The notes beneath the pieces were generated by a model that was not told the DNA's origin, ran no database searches, and worked only from the letters and a program-made list of their open reading frames with translations. DNA of 64,000 nt from Rhodothermales bacterium (GTDB lineage: Bacteria; Bacteroidota; Rhodothermia; Rhodothermales; JANQRZ01), in the NCBI GenBank assembly GCA_965215145.1, contig OZ244038.1, positions 1,665,760-1,729,759 of the forward strand, given 5' to 3'. Positions 46,217-58,200 of this stretch are shown here, piece after piece. Within the stretch, counting starts at the first letter, position 1; every line of letters starts with the position of its first letter. A program made the translations under genes and the position numbers.

Positions 46217-47746
46217 GTGCAGGTGCCTCACCCCTCTGCCATGCCCACCCCCGACCCAACCACGAGCGTCCCGGCGCCCCCCGACCTCCTCCCGCTGCTC
46301 GCGCCGGAGCTCCTCGTCGCCACCTTCTCCCCCGGCGGGGAGCGGTGGGGTGCCAACGCTGCGTGGGAGCTCATCTTCGGCACGGACGAGCCGTGGGCGC
46401 GGCTCTCGGCGGAGGAGCAACGGTTCGCGGCGGAGTACGTCGCCGAGGCGGCCCACGGCAGCCTCGTCTCGAACCAGGTGTTCCTCGTCGAGCGCCACCA
46501 CCGCGACCTCCGCGCCCCGGTGCTCCTGCACTTCCTCCCCGTCCGCCTCCCGGACGCGAGCTCGCACCGGCAGCCCGTCGTCATCACGGGCGAGGTGCTG
46601 CAGGAGCCGATGAGCTGGGCCGCCGACCAGACGAAGCGGCGGCGGATGGAGATGCTCGGGCAGATGACGATGGGCATCGCCCACGACTTCAACAACCTCC
46701 TCACGAGCCTGCTCGGCCACGTCGAACTCCTCAAGGGGACGCTCCCCGAGGCGCTCCGGCGCAACCACCTCCGCCCGATCCAGCGGGCCGCCCTCGACGG
46801 CGCCGCCCTCGTCCGCAAGATCCAGCGCTACATCCGCCACGAGAAGGAGGAGCGGTTCGAGCCCGTCGACCTCGCCGCCCTCGTCGACGAGGTCGCGTCG
46901 CTGACCCGGCCGTACTGGTTCAACGAGCCCCGACGGCTCGGCATCGAGATCGGGATCGAGCTCGAGCTCGAGGAGGTCCCGCCTATCCGCGGCTCCGCCG
47001 TCGAGCTCCGGGAGATCTTCGTCAACCTCATCCTCAACGCCGTCCAGGCCCTCCCCGAGGGCGGCCACATCACGCTCCGCGTCTTCGGCGACCGGCAGGC
47101 CGTCTACGCCGAGGTCGAGGACGACGGGACGGGGATGCCGGACCACGTCCGCGCGCGGATCTTCGAGCCGCTGTTCACGACGAAGGGCGACGACGGCACC
47201 GGCATGGGGCTGACGGTGAGCTACGGGATCGTGCAGGAGCACGACGGCCAGATGGAGGTCCGCTCCGACCTCGGCGAGGGCACGTGCTTCTCGCTCCGGT
47301 TCCCCCCGGCCGACGCCGCCGAGGCCGCCGCCGAGGCCACCGCCCGCCGCGCCATCGAGGCCGCCGCCAAAGCCGAGACCGCCCGGTCGTCCCGCCGCGC
47401 CGCCGCGATCCTCGTCGTCGACGACGAGCCCGCCGTGTGCAGCGTCACCGCCGACCTCCTCCGCCGCCGCGGCCATACCGTCGAGGAGGCCGACGGCGGC
47501 GCGACGGCCCTCCGCAAGGTGGCCCAGGGCACCTTCGACCTCGTCATCACCGACCTCGGGATGCCGAAGATGAGCGGGCGCGAGCTCGCCTTCCACCTCC
47601 GCCAGCAGCTCCCGGACCTCCCCATCATCCTCCTCACCGGCCACACCGACGCCGAGGACCAGTCCGAGCACGTCGACGCCGTCGTGAAGAAGCCCTTCCG
47701 CATCGCCGCCCTCGACGCCACCGTGCAGCGGGTGCTGAAGGGGTGA
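46217..47746 (+). CDS. Hybrid sensor histidine kinase (HisKA + HATPase_c + receiver)
   Basis: The H-box is MGIAHDFNNLLTSL, the N-box is FVNLILNAVQA and the G-box is DDGTGMG. The receiver domain has ILVVDDE...DLVITDLGMPKMSG...KKPF. An alternative ATG is at 46241. Confidence 0.88.
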   Translation: MQVPHPSAMPTPDPTTSVPAPPDLLPLLAPELLVATFSPGGERWGANAAWELIFGTDEPWARLSAEEQRFAAEYVAEAAHGSLVSNQVFLVERHHRDLRAPVLLHFLPVRLPDASSHRQPVVITGEVLQEPMSWAADQTKRRRMEMLGQMTMGIAHDFNNLLTSLLGHVELLKGTLPEALRRNHLRPIQRAALDGAALVRKIQRYIRHEKEERFEPVDLAALVDEVASLTRPYWFNEPRRLGIEIGIELELEEVPPIRGSAVELREIFVNLILNAVQALPEGGHITLRVFGDRQAVYAEVEDDGTGMPDHVRARIFEPLFTTKGDDGTGMGLTVSYGIVQEHDGQMEVRSDLGEGTCFSLRFPPADAAEAAAEATARRAIEAAAKAETARSSRRAAAILVVDDEPAVCSVTADLLRRRGHTVEEADGGATALRKVAQGTFDLVITDLGMPKMSGRELAFHLRQQLPDLPIILLTGHTDAEDQSEHVDAVVKKPFRIAALDATVQRVLKG

Positions 47747-47998
47747 ACGCCGGCCCGGCCGCCGGGGGCGTTGAGGGCGCGGGGTTGTCACAATGGCAGG
47801 GATCGGAGCGCCGCGCGGACCGGGCGCCCGTTGGCACAGTTTTGTTGCCCGTCGGCGCACCGGTGGCCGAGCCGACGGCCGCCCTCCCCCGACCCCGAGG
47901 CACCCTTGCGCATCAACCGACTCCCCCTCTTCCTCGAAGACAACGACCCCGACGCCCCGACGAGCATCCCCCTCCTCACCCCCGACGAGGAGGAGAAG

Positions 47999-50497
<2,499 letters not shown>

Positions 50498-50505
50498 CTG
50501 GAGGC

Positions 50506-50535
50506 CGTAGGGGCGTGATTAATCACGCCCCTACG
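50506..50535. repeat. Perfect 30-nt GTAGGGGCGT palindrome, probable bidirectional terminator
   Basis: CGTAGGGGCGTGATTAATCACGCCCCTACG. CTA at 50531-50533 is the stop codon of the minus-strand ORF 50531-50764. Confidence 0.75.
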
Positions 50536-50764
50536 CCGATGGGTCGTCCTCGTCCTTCCACTCGTCGAGGATCTTCGCCTCCTCCATGTTCGGGTCGAGC
50601 TCGCGCTTGAAGGCGCGCTCGGCCTCGGCCGTCGTGGTGGCGGCGCGGTCGAGGGCGCGGTCGATGAGGTTGGCGGTGAAGCGCACGGCGCCGCCGCCTA
50701 GCAGCTTCGCCCGGCCGAGCACGCCGGCCCGCTCGAACCGTTGGATCCAGCGCTCAGGGTCCAT
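50531..50764 (-). CDS. Small hypothetical protein (77 aa)
   Basis: The sequence is [22 protein letters not shown]...[17 protein letters not shown]. Its start overlaps the upstream stop by 1 nt (TGATG). Confidence 0.45.
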   Translation of the reverse strand: MDPERWIQRFERAGVLGRAKLLGGGAVRFTANLIDRALDRAATTTAEAERAFKRELDPNMEEAKILDEWKDEDDPSA

Positions 50765-51093
50765 CAGCCCGCGTCGTCGCCCTCCTTCCGCGCAGTGCCT
50801 GTCTTGCGCGTCGCGCTCGACGCCCGCTTCGTCGCCGTAGGCGGCTTGGCGGGGGAGGGCGGCTTCGGGGGTTTCGGCTCGCGCGGGGGTCGGTCCGCCC
50901 ACGTGCGGCTGAACGCCTGGTTCACCTCCTCCATCAGGTCCGAGAGCTGGCGCCCCGCGTCCTCCACGGCCCGCCCGACCGTGGCGAAGGTCGCCTCGAC
51001 CACGAAGGCCGTGCGGTCCTGCGTGTCTAGCTTCTCGAACTCGGCGCGGGCTTTCTGGTACTGCTCGCGCGCCGTCTCACGGGCATCCGGCAT
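50764..51093 (-). CDS. Small hypothetical protein (109 aa), helical N-half and Pro/Lys-rich tail
   Basis: The sequence is MPDARETAREQYQKARAEFEKLDTQDRTAFVVEATFATVGRAVEDAGRQLSDLMEEVNQAF, followed by PPREPKPPKPPSPAKPP. Confidence 0.5.
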   Translation of the reverse strand: MPDARETAREQYQKARAEFEKLDTQDRTAFVVEATFATVGRAVEDAGRQLSDLMEEVNQAFSRTWADRPPREPKPPKPPSPAKPPTATKRASSATRKTGTARKEGDDAG

Positions 51094-51179
51094 CGGTCAC
51101 GGGGGAAGAGCACGCCGCGGCGTGCGGGGGATCGGAGGACGCCCATCTTGGACGGCACCCGCCCGCTCAGGTTTCACCC

Positions 51180-52160
51180 ATGCCCGACCCCATTCCGCCC
51201 GACGAACGCCAGGACGATGCCCCGGCCACTGCCGACGGCGTCGTCCTCCGCTCCACTGGGAGCTGGTACGACGTCCGCACCGACGCCGGCGAGACGGTGC
51301 AGGCCCGCGTCCGCGGCAAGTTCCGCCTGGAGGAGCGCGACGTCACCAACCCCGTCGCCGTCGGCGACCGTGTCACGATGCGGATGGGGGCCGACGGCAC
51401 CGGCCTCATCACCGACCTCCACGACCGCCGGAACAAGCTGAGCCGCCGGGCCGCCGGGCGGCGCCACGCCCGCGAGCACGTCCTCGTCGCCAACGTGGAC
51501 CGGGCGTGGTGCGTGCAGGCCGCCTCGATGCCGTCGTTTAACCCCGGCTTCGTGGACCGCCTCCTCGTGATGGCCGAGGCGTACCACATCCCCGGCGGCC
51601 TCGTCCTCAACAAGACCGACCTCATCGAGCGCCCCGAGCACGCCGACGACGTGGCGTACTGGCAGGAGCTCTACGAGGACCTCGGCTACCCCGTCCTCCG
51701 CACGAGCGCCGAGACGGGCGAGGGCATCGAGCAATTTCGGGAGGAGCTGGCCGGCCAGGTCAGCGTCGTTGCCGGGCCGAGCGGGGTGGGGAAGTCGTCG
51801 CTACTGAACGCCGTCGAGCCGGGGCTCGGGCTGCGGGTGGGGGAGGTCAGCGGGAAGACCCGGAAGGGGAAGCACACGACGACGTTCGCGGAGCTGCTGC
51901 CGGCGGCGGGCGGCTACGTCGTGGACACGCCCGGCATCCGGGAGTTCGGGCTGTGGGACATGGCGCCGGCGGAGCTCTCGGGCTACTACGTCGAGATGCG
52001 GGAGCTGCTGACGGAGTGCCGGTTCCAGCCCTGCACCCACGACCACGAGCCCGGCTGCGCCGTCAAGGCCGCCGTCGAGGCCGACGGCATCGCGCCGGAG
52101 CGCTACCTCTCGTACCTCAACATCCTGGAGTCGCTCCGCGCCGAGGACGTGGGGCGCTGA
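51180..52160 (+). CDS. rsgA: Ribosome small-subunit-dependent GTPase A
   Basis: An OB-fold N-terminus is present. LNKTDL and GPSGVGKSSLLN are present. The zinc knuckle is CRFQPCTHDHEPGCAV. Confidence 0.92.
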   Translation: MPDPIPPDERQDDAPATADGVVLRSTGSWYDVRTDAGETVQARVRGKFRLEERDVTNPVAVGDRVTMRMGADGTGLITDLHDRRNKLSRRAAGRRHAREHVLVANVDRAWCVQAASMPSFNPGFVDRLLVMAEAYHIPGGLVLNKTDLIERPEHADDVAYWQELYEDLGYPVLRTSAETGEGIEQFREELAGQVSVVAGPSGVGKSSLLNAVEPGLGLRVGEVSGKTRKGKHTTTFAELLPAAGGYVVDTPGIREFGLWDMAPAELSGYYVEMRELLTECRFQPCTHDHEPGCAVKAAVEADGIAPERYLSYLNILESLRAEDVGR

Positions 52161-52175
52161 CTATGTAAAGCCTGG

Positions 52176-52275
52176 TTCGAAGGCGAGAGCGAGCGAGAAA
52201 GGCACCCGTCAAGGCGTGCGAGCAGGCCGATGCCACAGCATCGGGCGACGAGCAGAACGCGGGCGGGTTCTTTTG
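52176..52275 (+). repeat. Intergenic repeat element, copy 2 (see 18541-18650)
   Basis: TTCGAAGGCGAGAGCGAGCGAGAAAGGC...CAAGGCGTGCGAG...GCCGATGC-CACA-GCATCGGG...CGACGAGCAGAACGCGGGCGGGTTC. Confidence 0.45.
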
Positions 52276-52410
52276 TAGCCGCTCGGAGCCCGCGAGGGTG
52301 AGTCCCAAACAGCCTCTGAGCCGCCCTGCCCCTCGCAAGCCGGACGGGGATCTCGCTCCGGCACCGATCCTGACCCCACGCATTGGTGTCACTCTCCCGC
52401 CCCCTCGCCG

Positions 52411-53238
52411 ATGCGCCTGCCGACCCTCCTCCTGCTCCTCGCCGTCGGCCCTGCGCTCGCCCAGAATACCGTCACGCTCGACGCGCCGGCCGACCTCGCG
52501 CGCCACATCGCGCCGTTCGACGCCGGCACGCTCGTCGTCCTCGACCCCGCCGCGCACCGGACGGTTCGTGTCGACGCCGAGCGGGCGGGCGAGCGGCTCA
52601 CCCCGGCCTCGACGTTCAAGATCCCCCCCACGCTCTGCGCCCTCGACGCGGGCGCCCTTAGCGGCCCCGACGACGGCATGGCGTGGGACCCCGAGGAGCA
52701 CCCGTCGCAGCCGTGGTGGCCCGAGGCGTGGCGGCGCGACCACACGCTCGCCTCGGCCGTCGAGCACTCCGTCGTGTGGTTCTTCCGGGAGACGGCCGAG
52801 CGGCTCGGCCCGCTCCCCGAGCAGGCGTGCCTCGACGCCCTCGGCTACGGCAACCGCACCATCGGCGCCGACCCCACCCTCTTCTGGCTCGACGGCTCGC
52901 TCCGCGTCTCGGCCGAGGAGCAGGTCGCGTTTCTGCAGCACCTGTGGGACGGGAGCCTCCCACCCTCCGAGGAGGCGCAGGCGACGACACGCGCCCTCGT
53001 CCCCGTCCTCCGCGTGGGCGACGGCTGGCGCCTCCTCGGCAAGACGGGCACGGCGACGGACGATCCGTCGGACCCGGACGCGACGGCGCTGTACTGGCTC
53101 GTCGGCGTGTTCGAGCGGGAGGGGGAGTCGCCGGTGTTCTACGCGCTCAACTTCGAGGGCGAATCCGGCCTCGGCGCGGAGCGGGTCCGCGTCGCGGAGG
53201 CGGCGCTGCGTGACCTCGGCTACCTCCTGGCTGAGTAG
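52411..53238 (+). CDS. Class D (OXA-type) beta-lactamase family protein, secreted
   Basis: A signal peptide is present. STFK, SAV, YGN, FWLDGSLRVSAEEQVAFL and KTGT occur in canonical order and spacing. Confidence 0.85.
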   Translation: MRLPTLLLLLAVGPALAQNTVTLDAPADLARHIAPFDAGTLVVLDPAAHRTVRVDAERAGERLTPASTFKIPPTLCALDAGALSGPDDGMAWDPEEHPSQPWWPEAWRRDHTLASAVEHSVVWFFRETAERLGPLPEQACLDALGYGNRTIGADPTLFWLDGSLRVSAEEQVAFLQHLWDGSLPPSEEAQATTRALVPVLRVGDGWRLLGKTGTATDDPSDPDATALYWLVGVFEREGESPVFYALNFEGESGLGAERVRVAEAALRDLGYLLAE

Positions 53239-53243
53239 GCAGG

Positions 53244-53321
53244 CTAGTCGGGAAGGCCAGGCTCGGTAACCTCGACCTCCGGCCACCGCTCGCGGACGAG
53301 GCGGATGCAGCCAGCCGGCAT
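53244..53321 (-). pseudogene. Displaced or duplicated 3'-terminal fragment of a NIF3-family gene
   Basis: The minus-strand translation MPAGCIRLVRERWPEVEVTEPGLPD* parallels the real NIF3 C-terminus GRLIRERWPEIELVESGLPS* (54428 onward). The 30-nt core 53271-53300 versus 54455-54484 is 27/30 identical. Confidence 0.55.
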
Positions 53322-53398
53322 CGCCAATGAATTGGGAGCGTAAGCACAGCCCTGACCATCCCTAGATCTCAAGCGTCCGACACACGCCCATCCGAGCG

Positions 53399-54406
53399 AT
53401 GAGTGAAAGACAATCACGCAAGCAGCCCAGGTACCAGCGTCTCGCTCCTCTTTCTGCGGAAATGAGGGCTATGATTGCTTTAAGAGCGATGATATTTTTC
53501 TCTCCGCACAATTATAGAGAGTCTTGTGATGCCATAGGGAGAGATAGAGTGGAGGGTCGGATACGCTCTATGACCTTTCATGAATTCTTCAAATACCTAG
53601 AGGAATCTAATCTGATTGAAGAGCCTGATAGATATTTAGACCGTGTGACACAACTTGTCCGCCGTCTGGAAGCAGCATGCATGTTAGAGCCTATTGGGGG
53701 AGCTGGCTTAAATAGGGCATACTATACCAGGAAAGAATTGACGAATCATCAAATACAAGGAGATTTGTGGTTGGCTCCAGCCCTCGGGCCTGATTTTATT
53801 TATGCGCGGGTAGGAGCCGGTGTGGTTCAGATTGCGGGGAAGACATCAGATGGTGACGCTCACGCGGGAACAGGACTGGTGCTTGACAGTCGGCACGTCC
53901 TCACGTGTGCTCACGTCGTCCGCGACATGGATCTCGACGCCGAACAGACTTTCCAGGGGCACAGAGTCACGGTAGATGACAGCTATACCCATCCCGACGT
54001 GGACGTGGCTGTGGTGCGGGTAAGTGAGGCCATGCTTAGTCCAGTTCGGGGACTCGCCTTTGTCGCTCCGATTGTCGGTGATACCGTCTATACGCTTGGT
54101 TATCCCAAGCTCCCACTCTCACGGACTCCAGCCCTCGTTATCCAAGGTGGGGAGGTCACCAGCGAGGATGTGGTGCGATTCGACGGGAGCCGGGTGTTTC
54201 TTTACTCGGCCGTCGCACGGCCCGGAAACAGCGGAGGGCCTGTGATCTCCACTGAGGGATACGCCGTCGGTATCACGAGCGAGGAGTTGACCTACGACGG
54301 AGAAGCGTTCTCGCCCTACTTCGGGGGCGTCGCGACGAGCGAGATCGAATGGGCTCTAGACGAACTCGGAATCGGGATTCAGCTACCTGTAGAACGGTAC
54401 GAGTAG
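53399..54406 (+). CDS. Cytoplasmic trypsin-like (S1/PA clan) serine protease with winged-helix-like N-terminal domain
   Basis: The catalytic triad context is LTCAHVV (His), DVAVVRV (Asp) and ARPGNSGGPV (Ser). I see no signal peptide. The N-terminal LVRRLEAACMLEPIGGAGLNRAYYTRKEL looks like a wHTH wing. Two 60-nt lines I counted are 32% and 57% GC. The first 57 codons are AT-rich, so the ATG at 53570 (MTFHEFF) is a plausible true start. Confidence 0.75.
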   Translation: MSERQSRKQPRYQRLAPLSAEMRAMIALRAMIFFSPHNYRESCDAIGRDRVEGRIRSMTFHEFFKYLEESNLIEEPDRYLDRVTQLVRRLEAACMLEPIGGAGLNRAYYTRKELTNHQIQGDLWLAPALGPDFIYARVGAGVVQIAGKTSDGDAHAGTGLVLDSRHVLTCAHVVRDMDLDAEQTFQGHRVTVDDSYTHPDVDVAVVRVSEAMLSPVRGLAFVAPIVGDTVYTLGYPKLPLSRTPALVIQGGEVTSEDVVRFDGSRVFLYSAVARPGNSGGPVISTEGYAVGITSEELTYDGEAFSPYFGGVATSEIEWALDELGIGIQLPVERYE

Positions 54407-54427
54407 GGCTTCGAGGAACCTATACCT

Positions 54428-55147
54428 CTAGCTGGGCAGCCCCGACTCCACGAGCTCGATCTCCGGCCAGCGCTCGCGGATGAGCCGGCCGAGGTGCCGG
54501 AGCCCCCACGCCTCCGCGCGGTCCTGCCCGACGGCCAGCACGCGCATCCCCGTCCGTTTCACCGCCTCGCGCGCGGGGTGGCGGAGCTGCCCGGTGACGT
54601 AGAGCCCCGCGCCGCGCTCCGCCGCCTCCAGCACCAACGCCTCCGTCATCGCCCCCATCAGCGCGACGGCCTCGACGGTCTCCGGGGTGGGTCCGAGCAC
54701 GGCGGCCGTTCTGCCCAGCTCGCCCAGCTCCGCCGCGAGCCGCGCCTCAGCTTCGGCGCCAGGTAGCGGCTGAGGCCATCGGCCGACGAGCCCGATCGTC
54801 CGCTCCTTGTAGAGCAGGGGCGCGCCGTCCGGCATCAGCCCGAGCGCGGCGGCGAGGGCAGGGTTATGGCCGACGGAGAACCGGTCGTCAAGGGCGCGGT
54901 GGGCGGCGATCACGCCGAGACCGTCGGGGAGCCGGGCCGGCCAGAGTCCGAACGGACGGTGGATGAGGACGGCGTCGAGGTCGTCGGTCCAGCGGTAGGG
55001 CGGGCGGCCCGCGTCGAGCCGGAGGCCGAGCCGGCGGACAGAGCGTTCGGAGTCGATCCACACGCCGGCGGGGTCGCCGTCGCGGTGGTAGCGGGCGCGG
55101 TCGAGGTGGGGGGCGAGGTGGTCGGCGATCTCGCGGGCGGTCGGCAC
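54428..55147 (-). CDS. NIF3/YqfO-family (DUF34) metal-binding protein
   Basis: DAVLIHRPFG, VIAAHRALD and LYVTGQLRHPAREAVKRTGMRVLAVGQDRAEAWGL follow the NIF3-like layout. The GTG start at 55147 is a guess. The rest of the 1174-aa listed ORF is antisense to the BNR gene and spurious. Confidence 0.7.
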   Translation of the reverse strand: MPTAREIADHLAPHLDRARYHRDGDPAGVWIDSERSVRRLGLRLDAGRPPYRWTDDLDAVLIHRPFGLWPARLPDGLGVIAAHRALDDRFSVGHNPALAAALGLMPDGAPLLYKERTIGLVGRWPQPLPGAEAEARLAAELGELGRTAAVLGPTPETVEAVALMGAMTEALVLEAAERGAGLYVTGQLRHPAREAVKRTGMRVLAVGQDRAEAWGLRHLGRLIRERWPEIELVESGLPS

Positions 55148-55231
55148 GGGGGGCGGAGTTGTCGGATCGGGCGGTCGGCGGTAAGCTAGGCGCAGTTCGT
55201 CGTCCCCCGCCCTCCCACCTCGTCCCAGCCG

Positions 55232-58200
55232 GTGCGTCTCCTCCTCGTCGTCGTTCTCCTCGCCTTCGCCGCTCCGCATGCCTTCGCCCAGCCCGAGGCG
55301 AGCGATCCCGACTCCTCGCTCTTCGCCGCGCTCGAGTACCGCCTCGTCGGGCCGTTCCGCGGGGGGCGGGCCTCCGGCGTGGCCGGCGTCTTCGGCGACC
55401 CGCTGACGTACTACTTCGCCGCCACCGGCGGCGGCGTCTGGAAGACCACCGACGGCGGGGGGACGTGGGACAACGTCTCCGACGGCCACTTCGGCGGCTC
55501 GATGGGGAGCGTGGCCGTGGCGCCGAGCGACCCCAACGTGGTCTACGCCGGGGGCGGCGAGAAGAGCCTCCGCGGGAACGTCTCGCCCGGCTGGGGCGCG
55601 TGGCGCAGCGACGACGCCGGCCGCACCTGGCAGCGGATCGGCCCGGCCGACTGGCAGCACGTCCCGCGGATGACCGTTCACCCCCGCGACGCGAACACCG
55701 TCTACGCCGCCGTGCTCGGCCACACCTTCGGGCCGAACGCGGAGCGCGGCGTCTTCCGCTCGACCGACGGCGGGGAGACGTGGCAGAAAATCCTGTTCGT
55801 GAGCGAGGACGTGGGGGCCTTCGAGCTGGAGATGCACCCGGCGAACCCCCGCGTCCTCTACGCCTCGATGTGGCGCGCGCGGCGGACGCCGTACTCGTTC
55901 TCCTCCGGCGGCGAGGGCTCCTCGATCTGGAAGACGACCGACGGCGGCGAGACGTGGAAGGACATCACCGACCGCCCCGGCCTCCCCGGCGGCGTCTGGG
56001 GGATCAGCGCCGTCTCCGTCAGCCCCGCCGACCCCGACCGCGTCTTCGCCCTCGTCGAGAACAAGGAAGGCGGGCTCTTCCGAAGTGACGACGCCGGCGC
56101 CACCTGGCGGCGCGTCTCGGCCGACCGGAATCTCCGGCAGCGCGCGTGGTACTTCACCCGCCTCCAGGCCGACCCCGAGGACCCCGACGGGGTGTGGGTC
56201 CTGAACGTCCAGCTCTGGCGGAGCACCGACGGCGGCGAGACCTTCGAGGACGTCCCGACCCCGCACGTCGACCACCACGACATGTGGATCGCGCCCGAGG
56301 ACCCCGACCGGATCGTGATCGCCGACGACGGCGGGGGGCAGGTGACGTTCGACGGCGGCGAGACGTGGAGCACGTACTTCAACCAGCCCACCGCGCAGTT
56401 CTACCGCGTCACCACGGACAACCACACGCCGTACCGGATCTACGGCGCGCAGCAGGACAACTCCACCGTCCGCATCCTCCACCGCTCCGAGGGCGGCGCC
56501 ATCCAGGAGCGGCACTGGGAGCCCACGGCCGGCGGCGAGAGCGGCTACCTCGCCCCCCACCCGGACAACCCCGACCTCGTCTTCGGCGGCTCCTACGGCG
56601 GGTTCCTGATGATGCGTAACCACGAGACCGCCGAGGAGCGGATCGTGAACGTCTGGCCCGAGAACCCCATCGGCGCGGCGGCCGGCGACCTCCGCATCCG
56701 GTTCCAGTGGAACTTCCCGCTGTTCTTCTCCCGCTGGCAAGGCCCCGCCACCGGCGATCACCCCCTCTACGCCGCCGGCAACCGGCTCTACCGCTCCGAC
56801 GACCTCGGCCAGAGCTGGCAGCCCGTCTCCCCCGACCTCACCCGCGCCGACCCCGCGACGCTCGACTCCTCCGGCGGCCCGATCACGCAGGACAACACCT
56901 CGGTCGAGTATTACGGGACCGTCTTCGCCGTTGGCGAGAGCGTCCACGACCCCAGCACAATGTGGGCCGGCTCCGACGACGGCCTCGTCCACCTCACCCG
57001 CGACGGCGGCGAGACGTGGCAAGACGTGACGCCGCCCGCGAGCGTCCTCCCGGAGTACGCCCAGATCAACGCCGTCGAGCCGCACCCCTTCGAGCCGGGC
57101 GGCCTCTACGTCGCCGCGACGCGCTACAAGACCGACGACTTCCGCCCCTACCTCCTCCGCACGACCGACTGGGGGCGGACGTGGACGCGCATCGACGCGG
57201 GCATCCCGGAGCACCACTTCACCCGCGTCGTCCGCGCCGACCCCGCGCGGCCGGGGCTGCTGTTCGCCGGGACCGAGGCGGGGATCTACGTGAGCTTCGA
57301 CGACGGCGCCCGCTGGCGGCCCCTCCAGCGGAACCTCCCCGTCGTCCCCATCACCGACCTCGCCCTCAAGGACGGCGACCTCGTCGTCGCCACGCAGGGC
57401 CGCTCGTTCTGGGTGCTCGACGACTACACCCCGCTTCGCCGCCTCTCGCCCGGCACCGACCGCGCGGCGTTCGAGCTGCTCCCGCCGCGCCCGAGCATGC
57501 GGATCGACGGGGATCGCGCCGAGGGCCTCCGGACGGCGGGGACGAACCCGCCCAACGGGGTCTTCCTCTACTACCACCTCGCCGAGGCGCCGGACTCCGC
57601 CGCCGTCGCCCTCCGCGTGCTCGAAGCCGACGGCACCCTCATCGAGAGCTTCACGCCGACGGCGGAGGACGAGGGGGAGCGGCTGCCCGTGGCCGCCGGG
57701 CTCAACCGGTTCGTGTGGGACCGGACGTACCCCGGCGCCGAGGACTTCGAGGGGAACGTGATGTGGGGCGGGCGGCTCGCCGGCCCCGAGGCCGTGCCGG
57801 GCCGCTACCTGGCCCGCCTCGTCGTGGGGGAGGACTCCGTCGAGGTCCCCTTCGAGGTCGTCCCCGACCCCCGCGCCTCGGCCACGCCGGAGGATTACCA
57901 GGCGCAGTTCGCGTTCCTCGCCGAGGTCCGCGACAAGCTCAGCGAGACGCACCGCGCCATCACCCGCCTCCGCGCCACCCGCGAGCAGGTGAACGACTAC
58001 CTCGCCCGCCTCCCCGAGGACGCCGCCGGGGCCGACACCGTCCGCGCCGCCGGCGAGGCGCTGGTGGAGGAGCTGACCGCGGTGGAGGAGGCGCTCTACG
58101 AGACCCGCAACGAGAGCCGGCAGGACCCGCTGAACTTCGGGATCAAGCTCAACAACCAGCTCGCCGCGCTCGCCGGCCTCACGTCCTTCGGCGACTTCCG

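Noticed and set aside
47832-47848. Sigma54-like promoter TGGCAC...TTGC upstream of lon
   Set aside because: The sequence TTGGCACAGTTTTGTTGCC has GG and GC separated by 12 nt, not the required 10 nt. The same bases fit a TAnnTTTG-like box (CAGTTTTG) better.
53310-53570. Noncoding RNA (for example a retron-like msr/msd) in the AT-rich 5' part of the protease island
   Set aside because: There is no reverse transcriptase gene and I saw no long flanking inverted repeats. The stretch is more simply a promoter/5' UTR or the poorly supported first 57 codons of the ORF.
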